Assembly (NCBI GenBank): GCA_050179755.1
Contig: JBFXEV010000001.1
Span: forward strand, 169,994 to 233,993
DNA length: 64,000 nt
Direction of reading: 5' to 3'
Origin: Candidatus Babeliales bacterium
Lineage (GTDB): Bacteria > Babelota > Babeliae > Babelales > JBFXEV01
Shown: positions 1 through 10,790 of the stretch, piece by piece
Layout of the letters: the number at the start of each line of letters is the position of its first letter
Numbering within the stretch: the stretch's first letter is position 1
The notes under the pieces: generated by a model
The model's input: only the letters and a program-made list of their open reading frames with translations
What the model was told of the DNA's origin: nothing
Database searches by the model: none
Position numbers and translations under genes: made by a program

Positions 1-1785
1 AGTATCAAGAGGGAACAAATTGCGATCCCATTTTGATCCTTTGTACGATGAATAGGTGCCACGCTCACGAGCAAGATCAGCTGATGCCATAATTGCATGA
101 TACAATATCATTTCACCAATTTGATCTGCCATTTCAATTGCTGCATCAGAATCAAATGGTATTCCCATTTCAAACAATACGTCTTGGAATCCCATCTGCC
201 CTAAACCAATAGGTCTGTGCCGTTCGTTTGACGTTTTAGCTTCTACTGTTGGATAAAAGTTTAAATCAATCACATTATCAAGCATGCGCACTGCAGTTTT
301 TAGCGTTTTTGCCATGAGTTGCTGATCAATTTGGCCCTGTGCGGTCATATGGCGCGCTAAATTAATAGAACCTAGGTTACATACTGCCGTTTCATCAGCT
401 GACGTATTAAGCGTAATTTCAGTACATAAATTAGAACAATGTACCACGCCAGCATGATCTTGCGGCGATCTAACATTGCACGGATCTTTAAAAGTTATCC
501 AGGGATGCCCCGTTTCAAACAATCGAGAAAGCATTTTACGCCAAAGTGCGCGTGCAGAGGTTGTGCGAAATAGCTTAATTTTGCCTTCTTGCGCTTTTTG
601 TTCAAAAGCCACATATTTCTCTTCAAATGCACGGCCATAAACATCATGCAAACCTGGCACTTCATCCGGAGAAAAAAGCGTCCATTCTTTATCTTCTTGT
701 ACCCGCTTCATAAACAAATCAGGGATCCAATTTGCAGTATTCATGTCGTGCGTGCGGCGGCGTTCATCGCCGGTATTTTTACGTAAATCCAAAAAGTCTT
801 CAATGTCATAGTGCCATGTTTCTAAATATGCACACGTACCACCACGCCTGATTGCACTTTTAGTAATACCAGAAACAACATCATTTGCTATTTTAAGAAA
901 CGGGATAACTCCTTGGCTGCTTGCATGAATACTTTTAATCCAGGATCCTGTGCCACGAATATTAGTCCAGTCGTTACCAATGCCGCCTGCCCATTTTGAT
1001 AATTGAGCATTATCACCCACTACTTTAAAAATATGATGCAAATCATCATGCACCGTGCTTAAATAGCAAGAACTTAATTGGGGAATTAAATACCCTGAAT
1101 GAAACAAGGTAGGCGTAGAAGAAACATAGCGTAAATTTGAAAAAAGCTCATAAAATTCTAAAGCTCGTTTTTCTTTTTCTTGCTCATTTAAAGCAAGCCC
1201 CATTGCAACACGCATCCAAAATGTTTGTGGCAATTCCACACGTTCGCCGCTTATTTTCATAAAATAACGATCATAAAGCGTATGAAGGCCTAAATAGCAA
1301 AAAAGTCTATCATTTTCAAGACGCAATGCCTGTGCAAGTACATTAAGATCAAACTCAAGCATACGTGCATCAAGCACCTTTTCTTGCACGCCACGTTCAA
1401 TACTGGTTATAAACGTTGCTTGATATAAATGAGGCACATTTGCTGCAGTGCATGAAATACCAAATACTTCTTTATAGAGTTTTTTAAGCAAAAGCTGCGC
1501 TGCAACTTCATCATACGCGGTATCGCGCTCAATAAATGAAACTGCCGCCAATACTAACGCTTTTTCTACATCAGATGTTGGCACTTGATCATAAATGTTT
1601 TTTAATACTTCTGAAACAAGTAAATCAATGTCAATAGAAACATTACGCTCGCGAGCAGCCCGTTCAAGTGAAGTTCTAATTTTCTCTTCTTCAAGTGATG
1701 TTATCTGCAAATTTCGCTTTATCACTCGAACATGCGAAAGTGACATAGTTGCGTGATTGCCTTGTTCATTATGTTGTATAATCAT
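1..1785 (-). CDS. nrdA: Ribonucleoside-diphosphate reductase alpha subunit (class I), runs off the left edge
   Basis: Manual minus-strand translation from ATG at 1785 (MIIQHNEQ...VIKRN, ATP-cone-like); contains HCSNLCTEI and VCNLGSINL motifs; not in ORF track because it is truncated. Confidence 0.93.
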   Translation of the reverse strand, partial: MIIQHNEQGNHATMSLSHVRVIKRNLQITSLEEEKIRTSLERAARERNVSIDIDLLVSEVLKNIYDQVPTSDVEKALVLAAVSFIERDTAYDEVAAQLLLKKLYKEVFGISCTAANVPHLYQATFITSIERGVQEKVLDARMLEFDLNVLAQALRLENDRLFCYLGLHTLYDRYFMKISGERVELPQTFWMRVAMGLALNEQEKEKRALEFYELFSNLRYVSSTPTLFHSGYLIPQLSSCYLSTVHDDLHHIFKVVGDNAQLSKWAGGIGNDWTNIRGTGSWIKSIHASSQGVIPFLKIANDVVSGITKSAIRRGGTCAYLETWHYDIEDFLDLRKNTGDERRRTHDMNTANWIPDLFMKRVQEDKEWTLFSPDEVPGLHDVYGRAFEEKYVAFEQKAQEGKIKLFRTTSARALWRKMLSRLFETGHPWITFKDPCNVRSPQDHAGVVHCSNLCTEITLNTSADETAVCNLGSINLARHMTAQGQIDQQLMAKTLKTAVRMLDNVIDLNFYPTVEAKTSNERHRPIGLGQMGFQDVLFEMGIPFDSDAAIEMADQIGEMILYHAIMASADLARERGTYSSYKGSKWDRNLFPLDT

Positions 1786-2324
1786 TAACTATCCTTTTTG
1801 TTTAAACACCTTTAACGGTTTTCCCTCTACTTCATCTACAACCTTAGTGCAACAAATTCTTTTTGTACTAATAAAACTTTCCCACACCATGTTATAAACA
1901 TAGAGTTAGACGATTTCAGTTAGTCTCTCCATTTTTAAATAACAGGCCCATGCAATTCTTGGGCATGTTTTGCTATGCAACAGAGCTTCTATATGAGTTT
2001 TTTGAGTAATGCACTGCTTCCTCAATCTCCATTAGACAACCCAACCACAATTTTTAAAAAAACTTTTTTTCTTTCTATAAGAAATACACATCTCCTTTCT
2101 TATACATCTACCTTATCACCACCGAACGCCTTAAGCAAATAGTTTTTTATAATTTTTTTTGTAAAACACATTCTTCAATTTTTTGCAAATTCAATACTTC
2201 TCACATTTTCTAATTGTATCACTTTTTGCCTCGTCCAAAAAATAAACTCTTGACGTATACCCACTTTTTTTGATTTGCTAAGGGTAGCGAAATTAATAGT
2301 AACCTCAACCATAAGGAGACGTTT

Positions 2325-3449
2325 ATGAAACGTTCTTATCACTTACTTGTTACGTTGGTAACACTTAGTTATTCATTATCAGCAGTTGCTGGTTGCCCGT
2401 GCGCGCGTGAAAAACGTGCAATGCGCGCAAAACGAACTGCTGTTCAGCCAATGGCACCAGTAACTTCTGTTTCTCAATCAGTTGGCAATATAGTTTCTGA
2501 TCTTACACAGGGCAATGTAGTTGGAGCAACCGGTCAAGCAATTAGAACAGCACCTGATGCTACAGCATCTGTAGTACAACCCAGTATGCCAAAAACAGAA
2601 AAAAGGCTAATGGAAGTTGAAGCGGCGCCTATGCCTAAGAAAATGAAAACTGAAGCTCCAGCACCAGCACCACAAGTCATGGAAAATAATAGAATTGATC
2701 TCTCGAAACAGTCTGATTTTGATGCACTTATAACCAAACATCCACACGTTATCGCAGTGTTTACTACAACTTGGTGCGGCCCCTGCAAAAATTTAAAACC
2801 AGTTCTTGATGAAATACGTACAAGTAACAAAGATGTAATGTTTGTGTATGTTGATGGTGATGAGTATCCAGGGCTTGTTAGCAAATATGCAAGCGTGGGA
2901 TTCCCTACGCTCAAATTGTTTAAAAATGGCAAAGAAGTTGCTCAAGCAATTGGTGGACAATCAAAAGATGAAATACAAAGCTTAATCAATCAACATTTTA
3001 AAGGTGGCGTGCCAACATTTGTAATGGGTGATGCTACTGAATCAATAGAACAAGTGGCAGCTCCCGCACCACAACCTATTAAAATGCCTGCACCTGCTCC
3101 AGCACCAATGCAAGAATCCATGACAGCAAACAAAATAGTCCTTGTAAAAGACTCAGATTTTGATGGTCATTTAAGAAAAAACAAAAACGTTATTGGCATC
3201 TTTACTACCACATGGTGCGGGCCATGTAAAACGCTTAAACCAGTACTTGAAGAACTTGTAGGATCAAATGCAAACGTAACGTTTGTCTACGTTGATGGTG
3301 ATAGATTCCCAAGTCTTGTAAAAAAATATGCAAGCATTGGATTCCCAACACTTAAATTCTTTAAGAATGGTAAAGAAGTTGCACAGACTGTTGGTGGCAG
3401 ATCACGCGATGAATTGCAAAGCATGATTAACCAACATTATAGAGGATAA
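2325..3449 (+). CDS. Exported protein with two thioredoxin domains
   Basis: Signal peptide; two WCGPC motifs each followed by GFPTLK(L/F)FKNGKEV; Pro/Ala-rich linkers; AAGGAG RBS. Confidence 0.9.
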   Translation: MKRSYHLLVTLVTLSYSLSAVAGCPCAREKRAMRAKRTAVQPMAPVTSVSQSVGNIVSDLTQGNVVGATGQAIRTAPDATASVVQPSMPKTEKRLMEVEAAPMPKKMKTEAPAPAPQVMENNRIDLSKQSDFDALITKHPHVIAVFTTTWCGPCKNLKPVLDEIRTSNKDVMFVYVDGDEYPGLVSKYASVGFPTLKLFKNGKEVAQAIGGQSKDEIQSLINQHFKGGVPTFVMGDATESIEQVAAPAPQPIKMPAPAPAPMQESMTANKIVLVKDSDFDGHLRKNKNVIGIFTTTWCGPCKTLKPVLEELVGSNANVTFVYVDGDRFPSLVKKYASIGFPTLKFFKNGKEVAQTVGGRSRDELQSMINQHYRG

Positions 3450-4673
3450 TTATAGAAGCCAATGCGGAGCCGGTTCATATAAAATGAATGGCTTCGCTTT
3501 AATGTAAAAGGCTTGTGTATCGCGCTTAAGCGCCTGCACAAGCCTTTTTTTATCTATCTTGCCTTCAATATATTCACGAATAATTGGTGAGCCCATTGCC
3601 CTATCAAAATTTCCAAATGATAATTGCACGCCTTCTTTTTTAAAAAATTCAAGAACAGCAAGAAGTGCATGAATTGTAGAAACTTTATTGGGATCTTCAA
3701 TTTTCAAATCTAACCCCACAAAGTAATCTTGTCTGCGTTTGCTGTAATACGTATGCCAACAACTTACAATATGCAGATCTTTTAACACGGTGCGCAAAGC
3801 ATCAAATTTTTTAACATCAAACTTTAATTTTTTGGGTATACCAATCACGGTGAATTCTTCTGTTGCCCCATCAACATTAAGAGGCCATACTTCTCCTATA
3901 AGGCCCAAAAATGAATATCCTCTGAGTGATTTAAGTGTGGTAATTTTAGGAGAAAGAGGAGCTAATAATGTAGTAAAAATCATGTCTCTGCGATAATCTG
4001 CCATTTTAACCACGGTCAACAACACTGTGTCTTGAAAATAATACTTATTAAAAAATGTTGCCAGCTCACCAAACGTCATGCCATGGCGCACTGGAATCGG
4101 GGCAATGCCAATAAACGATTTTAATGCCGGTTCCACAAGCGGCGCTTCCATTACGCCGCCTAACGGATTTGGCCGATCTAGAATTATAACCGGTTTTCCA
4201 AATTGACTTGCAACTTCTAATAACTTATACATAGTAGAAACATAGGTATAATGACGCATACCAGCATCTTGCATATCAAATATGAACACATCAATTGCAT
4301 CAAGAAGTGCAGTATCAACTTGCTTGCCTTGTGTTGTGTGATCACCACCCTGACTATACACACTTACAATGGGCAAACCAGTTTTGGCATCTTTGGCATC
4401 ATGCACGGTTTTACCTCGTTCTACCATGCCTTCAATACCATGCTCTGGTGCAAACAAATGTGTAATATTTAAACCTTTATTCAAAAGTAGATCTATATTG
4501 CGATTGCCTTGTTGATCTTTACCGGTTTGGTTTGTCACCAAGCCAATACGTTTGCCTTTAAGTGATGTAATGAGTTCATTTGAAATATTTTCAAGGCCAA
4601 GTTTATACTGAGCAAATAAAGAAAATGAAGAACACAATAACAAAAATAAATATATTGAATGAAGCACATACAT
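3450..4673 (-). CDS. DUF1343 / NamZ-family exo-beta-N-acetylmuramidase-like protein
   Basis: GKRIGLVTNQTG, LFAPEHG, FDMQDAG.R.YTY, ILDRPNPLGG, PVRHGMTFGE motifs. Confidence 0.88.
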   Translation of the reverse strand: MYVLHSIYLFLLLCSSFSLFAQYKLGLENISNELITSLKGKRIGLVTNQTGKDQQGNRNIDLLLNKGLNITHLFAPEHGIEGMVERGKTVHDAKDAKTGLPIVSVYSQGGDHTTQGKQVDTALLDAIDVFIFDMQDAGMRHYTYVSTMYKLLEVASQFGKPVIILDRPNPLGGVMEAPLVEPALKSFIGIAPIPVRHGMTFGELATFFNKYYFQDTVLLTVVKMADYRRDMIFTTLLAPLSPKITTLKSLRGYSFLGLIGEVWPLNVDGATEEFTVIGIPKKLKFDVKKFDALRTVLKDLHIVSCWHTYYSKRRQDYFVGLDLKIEDPNKVSTIHALLAVLEFFKKEGVQLSFGNFDRAMGSPIIREYIEGKIDKKRLVQALKRDTQAFYIKAKPFILYEPAPHWLL

Positions 4674-4712
4674 AACAAACCTCTATGCAAGTTCTTATTT
4701 TGCAATAATTAA

Positions 4713-5024
4713 TTATTCTGCTGCAGCAGACTCTTGCGTTTGCTCGGTTGTACCAGAAGCTAGAGCTTCGCTTATTTCTGTTTTAGGCTCTTCTGCTTCC
4801 ACAGTAGGCTTAGAAGATATATCTTCAACTGCTTGGTTTTCTTTACCATTCTGCGCGGTTGCATCTTTAGACTTTTCGGAACTCATTTGTTGAGATCTCC
4901 TGGTAGGTATTAATTTAAGGCCTGCCCATTTACCCCCGCGCACCCCACCAGAACTTTCTTGCATCGCGTACACAGCACAAAAAACAAATGCTGCTGACAA
5001 TAAAAACACAATCTTTTTATTCAT
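4713..5024 (-). CDS. Small exported low-complexity hypothetical protein
   Basis: Signal peptide followed by AMQE; acidic tail; GGAG RBS. Confidence 0.7.
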   Translation of the reverse strand: MNKKIVFLLSAAFVFCAVYAMQESSGGVRGGKWAGLKLIPTRRSQQMSSEKSKDATAQNGKENQAVEDISSKPTVEAEEPKTEISEALASGTTEQTQESAAAE

Positions 5025-5140
5025 AATTTCTCCACTACTTTATTGTTGACTATTATTGAACAGCTTTAAAAAAAGCTATAAATAAAGCTTTAATCAACAT
5101 TGAGCATAAGTTAAATGAGCATAAAGATGCAATGGTTACT

Positions 5141-5177
5141 AAAAAATATGCCTCAGTTTTTTAGAGCTGAGGCATAT
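5141..5177 (-). terminator. Probable intrinsic terminator
   Basis: ATATGCCTCAG/CTGAGGCATAT inverted repeat with T-run on minus strand, just after the 5213-8272 gene. Confidence 0.7.
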
Positions 5178-5212
5178 GTTATATTACAAAAAAATAAGTA
5201 CTTACTCACTCA

Positions 5213-8200
5213 TCACGCACAACCAAATTTTTTCTTAATGCTCAGCGGTATTTCATTAGTATCATAATTGCCTTCAAAAAAATATGCTTGATCTGTTGCA
5301 TGCGGTTCCACAATCACCAGCGACTCACCATTAACTTCACGAACAGTGAGCAAACTAGAAAATCCTATTTGCGATGCAGTCTGAAAATGAGTTAATCTTC
5401 CGCAAGCATCGCGTTGTGCATAGAAAACTTGCCCTTCACGATTAAGTGTTGGAGTGCCATTTTTTACAACAAAATTATTTTCCAGGAATAATGTTACATA
5501 TGGTGGAACTGGCAATTGTACCGTTCTTTGATTTTGTCCCCAGCCTGGGTGCAATGGCACGCCATTATCTTGAATCAAATCTAAGTTCGCGCGGCCTGTA
5601 ACTGGATCTGCTAATCCTGTTCCTGCATTAGATCCCGTTACCATTATCTCAAGACCATCTTTAAACGCTTGAGCAATAAAGATTTGACGATCATCTGCAT
5701 TATTTAAATCAAGACCTGTTGATGCCAAAATGTTATCATACCATTGATAATACACGGGATTGCCTAAATCGGGGCCAATCTGCAATACACGCAATATTAA
5801 TGAATAACAAAAATATGCATTTGCAGATATTGCTACTGGTAATACTCGTGATTGATCAGGCGTTTCTTGTGACCAATCGCCGGTAGGTTCAGTTATAAAA
5901 AGTAAGAACGCGTAATTCAGCCCTGTTACTTCCCGTAAGATCGGATCGGGGATTCCTTGCTCAAACATGTTTCTGCCAAGCATAGAAATCCATAATTGTG
6001 AAAGAACCCATCGGCCATCCCAATTTAATCCTTCCATGCGATCTGCTTGATCAACATTTGGAATTGATCGACCATCATATGGCTCACTTAGAAGTTTTAT
6101 TCCGCGTTCAATTTCATGAGGGGACAAACCAATGTCTAGGCCCTTTGCCTGCAATGCCGTAAGACATGTTTCTCTCATAGTATTTGGGAACATATCTGAA
6201 GCATAATTTTGAAATTCTGCTTGCACAATACGGCGACCATCTCGTTGTAAATTTAGTTGACTCCAAAGATCTTGTATGTCTTGAAATACTAATTTACCTT
6301 GCTCATCGAGTTTCTGATTAATATCATAAAAGATAGATCCTACGCGATCATATTCAAAACTGGAACCAAAATTAGTCTGATCATCATTAGACCAAATTCC
6401 ATTCCACGCAGCAATAAAACCACAGGATGGATTTTGGAAATATCGTGAACCATCCGCACGATATTCTGCATTAGTGGGAACTGGCAAGGTTCTTGGAAAG
6501 ACTAAACTTTCAAAAAACTTAGTTTCTGTTGCATCTTGCGGGTATAATCGATTAAAGTCAGGAGTTGTAATCGTATTATAAAAACCACCGCTAATAGAAT
6601 AAATATTATTCTTATTATCAAAACCACCATACATGAAAACAAATGGATTTGAATTCCAATTTACGGCAAATTCTTTGATCCTATTAAAAGGGAGCATGCC
6701 AAAATAGTTTGCAAAACCCTTAAGATATGCACCAATATCAGTTAACCAATCAAATGGTTGGCGAATAATGGTCACAAACTCAGGATTTTCATCATCAAAC
6801 AAACGAAAATCAAATTCTAAACCATGTCGTTGATCATTACCTTGATAAATTTTGGTGAAAAAGAATGTAATACTCCCGTCTGGTTCTCGCACATAAATGG
6901 TCGATTGCTCTTTGCCACCTGGTACATTTTCTGTGCCAGTCTCTTCATCATAAATAAGAATAAGATTTGCAGCATCTTCAAACGCCGCATCGCGAGCTGC
7001 AACTGAAGTTACTTCTGGGGATAAAAATATTTCACAACCAGATTTTGATCTAACATAGGTAGTAATTAAAGCTGGTGAATAACTAGATGCTTCAGGTGTA
7101 AAAAATGAAGTAGCTCTCCATACAGCACCGAGTGTAAAATTATCAATATCCCCGTCAAAACCATATGCTGTTTGCGAATTGCCAAACATCATAGCCGATC
7201 CATCTTTTGTTAAACTTGAACCGACTACTAGCCAATCTGACATAATTCTTCTATCTAGCAGCTTTCTTCTGTCATTTGCAAATTTGGCAACAACTTGTTT
7301 AGCAAAGTTTTGACGTTGCTCCTCAGACAGCGAACTTTCTGTGTGGTGCTTTCGAGCTTTCGTATCAACTTTTTTTGATGCACTATTTTTCAAAAAATTA
7401 TTTTCACAATACAGCCCTGATCTATCGCCTTCTTTTACCGTAAACCTAAAATTGTAACTTGTATCACCATTACAATCATTAATCAGATTAAAAGCGTCAA
7501 TACCACCTGATGGATCTACACTGGTCGAATCAACATTAGGTAAATACGCATTAAATATTTGATCAAAAGGAGCCACAGATGATCCAAAAATATCATTAGA
7601 GCCTTGCAATGCTTTGACAAAAACAGCACGATTAAAAAGTCCATATGCCACGTTAATATCAGCAGTAACGTCTTGCCAAAACCAGTTTAATATGCCAATA
7701 CCTTCTATAAAATCTGCTGGTAATGGCTCAAGCCCATTTTGTACTTTGATAATATAATCTATATAAGCCTGGTGACGACCATCAAGAAAATCAAGCATTG
7801 CAACCGGAAAATCAGTGCCTTGTTGACTCTCTATTTGCCCCTCTATCTGAGCATTAGTATAAGTAATACGCCGCGCATGCACGTCAAAAAATAAATCAGC
7901 GCCCACAATATACTCTGCTGTTCTTCCGGCAGCAGAAAGATAGGCAAATACTAGTGGCGCAAAGTTAACTTTAACATCGGGCTCGGCTGTCATATATCCA
8001 ATTTGATACCAATAAGAGCCAACGCCGTGCTCTGGTCCCTGATTTGGCGTACCGATCACTATAGGCCGACCAAATTGATCATACTCAACGTGCAGCGGCA
8101 CGTTCACATCAACTGAGGGCAATGCGCAATTATTTTTATTCTTTTTACAACATAATTTATTGCTAGTCCCTGCACGTGTAACATCAAATGCTTGCGCATC

Positions 8201-8272
8201 TGCATGTACAATAAATAAACTAAAAAATAAACTATATAACACGTTGATACTTAATAATTTGAAATGTTTCAT
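5213..8272 (-). CDS. Large exported protein, divergent penicillin acylase (S45, Ntn hydrolase)-like
   Basis: VEYDQFGRPIV (alpha-chain start-like), SDWLVVGSSLTKDGSAMMFGNSQ (beta-chain N-terminus-like), NPSCGFIAAWN. Confidence 0.65.
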   Translation of the reverse strand: MKHFKLLSINVLYSLFFSLFIVHADAQAFDVTRAGTSNKLCCKKNKNNCALPSVDVNVPLHVEYDQFGRPIVIGTPNQGPEHGVGSYWYQIGYMTAEPDVKVNFAPLVFAYLSAAGRTAEYIVGADLFFDVHARRITYTNAQIEGQIESQQGTDFPVAMLDFLDGRHQAYIDYIIKVQNGLEPLPADFIEGIGILNWFWQDVTADINVAYGLFNRAVFVKALQGSNDIFGSSVAPFDQIFNAYLPNVDSTSVDPSGGIDAFNLINDCNGDTSYNFRFTVKEGDRSGLYCENNFLKNSASKKVDTKARKHHTESSLSEEQRQNFAKQVVAKFANDRRKLLDRRIMSDWLVVGSSLTKDGSAMMFGNSQTAYGFDGDIDNFTLGAVWRATSFFTPEASSYSPALITTYVRSKSGCEIFLSPEVTSVAARDAAFEDAANLILIYDEETGTENVPGGKEQSTIYVREPDGSITFFFTKIYQGNDQRHGLEFDFRLFDDENPEFVTIIRQPFDWLTDIGAYLKGFANYFGMLPFNRIKEFAVNWNSNPFVFMYGGFDNKNNIYSISGGFYNTITTPDFNRLYPQDATETKFFESLVFPRTLPVPTNAEYRADGSRYFQNPSCGFIAAWNGIWSNDDQTNFGSSFEYDRVGSIFYDINQKLDEQGKLVFQDIQDLWSQLNLQRDGRRIVQAEFQNYASDMFPNTMRETCLTALQAKGLDIGLSPHEIERGIKLLSEPYDGRSIPNVDQADRMEGLNWDGRWVLSQLWISMLGRNMFEQGIPDPILREVTGLNYAFLLFITEPTGDWSQETPDQSRVLPVAISANAYFCYSLILRVLQIGPDLGNPVYYQWYDNILASTGLDLNNADDRQIFIAQAFKDGLEIMVTGSNAGTGLADPVTGRANLDLIQDNGVPLHPGWGQNQRTVQLPVPPYVTLFLENNFVVKNGTPTLNREGQVFYAQRDACGRLTHFQTASQIGFSSLLTVREVNGESLVIVEPHATDQAYFFEGNYDTNEIPLSIKKKFGCA

Positions 8273-8304
8273 TGAAAACCCTCTTTGAATTTAAAAATTA
8301 ATAT

Positions 8305-9498
8305 TTAGGCTGCCATAAATGCTTCTAAAAAGCCAAGCCATTTGGTCCATTCTGACCATAACAGCTTTTCATATGAATATTCAATACGGTATAATGGCAA
8401 ATAGATCGTTAAGCCTTTGGCATCACGGTATTTTTGGCTTACCGAATTTGCAATCACGGCTTTAGAAATAAGTGGCAATGTAGAACGAATTAAATCTTGC
8501 AAATATATTCTGCTTTTTATGTCTAAATTAATAGTATTAATATTAGTAAACACCGTATTTAGCCATTGATACAAATCAATATATGATTCACCACCAAATG
8601 GCAAACATACACCTTTCTGTAATGTAGTTACCAATCCTTCACGAATGATCGCTTTATCTCTTTTCTTTAGTTCTTTACTATAAAATTGACTAAACAAATT
8701 TAATTTATTTACTACTGCATCAAGTTGTTTCAAATCAATCGCTGAAAGTGTGTACTCTTGATTTGTTTTTTTATAGCACTCTGCATACGCTTTGACCATA
8801 TGCTTTGCCAAATCAATTGGCTGGGGAGCACCTGATTTAAATGGCGCCAGCGTCAATGCATATTGATAACCATGCCCAGGAATAGTATCTTCTGACGCCA
8901 CATAATAATCTGCATAGCGGGCAAACGTATAAGCAACTTCTAATGAGCCCATTAAGCATGCATCACAAGCCACAAGATCAATTTTTTTGCCACCACGGAA
9001 TTTATCACAAATCCAGCCAAATGCTGCAAAGCAATCACGATCAGTCAAATAATGGTGGGTAGTATCATCAAAACAAATACCTTTTATTGCACTTGGCCTT
9101 CTGTTGAGCGGTCCGCTACCATGATCCCACAATACTACCGCAAAATGCTCTGATGGATAATCAGTATGCGCCCATTCCAAAGCTTCAATAAACGTTGCAA
9201 CATCACCACTGTCTTTTACTGTCACATCTCCAATAGGCACTAAGTTATCTTTTTCAACATAGTATTTAATGGTTTTCTTTTCTTCATTTTCTCGTTTGAC
9301 AGTAGTATATGCAATAATGTTTACATATTCATTAGAGCCAATTTCCATCATTTCTTTAAGATCAAGATCTGCATATTTTGCTAAGTTATTATCTCCTGCA
9401 ATATACACAAGAAAGGTCCAGGGCTTGTTATCAGCACAGATTAATGATGCCACAAAAAATAAATATATATTTACAAAACTGAATATTCTTTGGTTCAT
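8305..9498 (-). CDS. Clostripain-family (C11) cysteine peptidase, exported
   Basis: WTFLVYIAGDNNL, WDHGSG (His), DACLM (Cys), VASE motifs; signal peptide. Confidence 0.9.
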   Translation of the reverse strand: MNQRIFSFVNIYLFFVASLICADNKPWTFLVYIAGDNNLAKYADLDLKEMMEIGSNEYVNIIAYTTVKRENEEKKTIKYYVEKDNLVPIGDVTVKDSGDVATFIEALEWAHTDYPSEHFAVVLWDHGSGPLNRRPSAIKGICFDDTTHHYLTDRDCFAAFGWICDKFRGGKKIDLVACDACLMGSLEVAYTFARYADYYVASEDTIPGHGYQYALTLAPFKSGAPQPIDLAKHMVKAYAECYKKTNQEYTLSAIDLKQLDAVVNKLNLFSQFYSKELKKRDKAIIREGLVTTLQKGVCLPFGGESYIDLYQWLNTVFTNINTINLDIKSRIYLQDLIRSTLPLISKAVIANSVSQKYRDAKGLTIYLPLYRIEYSYEKLLWSEWTKWLGFLEAFMAA

Positions 9499-9565
9499 GC
9501 CTGCTCCTTAAGAATTAAGGCTTAAGAAATTTGCTATGCTTTCTAAAATTTCTATAATTACAATC

Positions 9566-10777
9566 TTACTTCTTCAAATATGCTTGCAAGAAACTTGTCC
9601 ACTGAGCAGCACCGGTCCACAATAAATTCTTGTAAGAAGAGTCCATTACGGTACGCGGAAAATAAATAGTCATACCATATGATTTGGCATAATTTTTACT
9701 ATTACAACGAGCAAGCACTGCTTTGGTAATAAGTGGTAATGTTGCAGTAATTAAGTCTTTCAAGGTTTTAGTATCTTGCGTACTTAATTTCATAGTCACT
9801 ATATTATTTTGTATATTACTAAGCCATTGATATAAATCAATATAATCCATGGTACCATAATGTATGGTTGCCGCTGGTGCAATGAGTGCGGCCAATGCTT
9901 GTTTAAGATTAGTTTTGTTAGGAGTTTTTAATTGCGAGATAAAGAATTGCGCTATCTTATTAAGATTAGTCACCACTGCATCAAGTTGTTTTAAATCAAG
10001 TGCAGACAGTGTATAATCCCAACCAGATGTTTTATAAGCATCGTCATACGCCTTTACCATGCTTTTTGCAAAATCAACAGGTTTTGGATTTCCATTTTTA
10101 AGAGGTGCAAGCGCACGTGCATATTGATAACCATAACCAGGAATATTTTCTTCTGATGCAACAAAATAATCAACATACGTGCGGAACGTATGGGCAACTT
10201 CAAGTGATGCCATTAAGCACGCATCGCATGCTACAATATCAATCTTCTTGCCATTGCGATACGTATTATTTACGTACTTAAATACGTCGCAACAATCACG
10301 ATCAGTCAAAAAATGGTGCGTTGTATCATCCCAACATATACCTTTCCAACCTTGCGGGCTTCTGCCAGGATTCAAAGTTCCACTACCATGATCCCATAAA
10401 ACCACCGCTATGCGATCAGACGGATAATTAACTACCGCCCATTCCAGTGCTTTTTTAAAGGTTGCAACAGAACCACTATCTTCTACCGTGGTAGAGCCAA
10501 TCTTTTTTAATGATCCTGGAAGAACTTCATACCGATTTGTTTGTTTTGGTTTGCCTACTTGTTTTTCTGTAGTGTAAGCAATGATATGCGCATTTGCATT
10601 GGAGCCAACTTTCATCATCTCGCCCAAATCAAGCGTCACAAATTGTGCAAGGTTATTATCGCCAGCAATATAAACAAAGAATGTCCATGGTTTTTTGGGG
10701 GCCTTGGCTGCCTTACAAGGCAGCCAAGCCATTGATACTAAACTAAGTGCTACTATTACTATTCTTCTTTTATTCAT
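9566..10777 (-). CDS. Clostripain-family (C11) cysteine peptidase, exported; tandem paralogue
   Basis: Same WTFFVYIAGDNNL / WDHGSG / DACLM motifs. Confidence 0.9.
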   Translation of the reverse strand: MNKRRIVIVALSLVSMAWLPCKAAKAPKKPWTFFVYIAGDNNLAQFVTLDLGEMMKVGSNANAHIIAYTTEKQVGKPKQTNRYEVLPGSLKKIGSTTVEDSGSVATFKKALEWAVVNYPSDRIAVVLWDHGSGTLNPGRSPQGWKGICWDDTTHHFLTDRDCCDVFKYVNNTYRNGKKIDIVACDACLMASLEVAHTFRTYVDYFVASEENIPGYGYQYARALAPLKNGNPKPVDFAKSMVKAYDDAYKTSGWDYTLSALDLKQLDAVVTNLNKIAQFFISQLKTPNKTNLKQALAALIAPAATIHYGTMDYIDLYQWLSNIQNNIVTMKLSTQDTKTLKDLITATLPLITKAVLARCNSKNYAKSYGMTIYFPRTVMDSSYKNLLWTGAAQWTSFLQAYLKK

Positions 10778-10790
10778 ACTCTTACTCCCT

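Noticed and set aside
1786..2324. Possible NrdR boxes or riboswitch upstream of nrdA
   Set aside because: No convincing tandem palindrome or aptamer consensus found by eye
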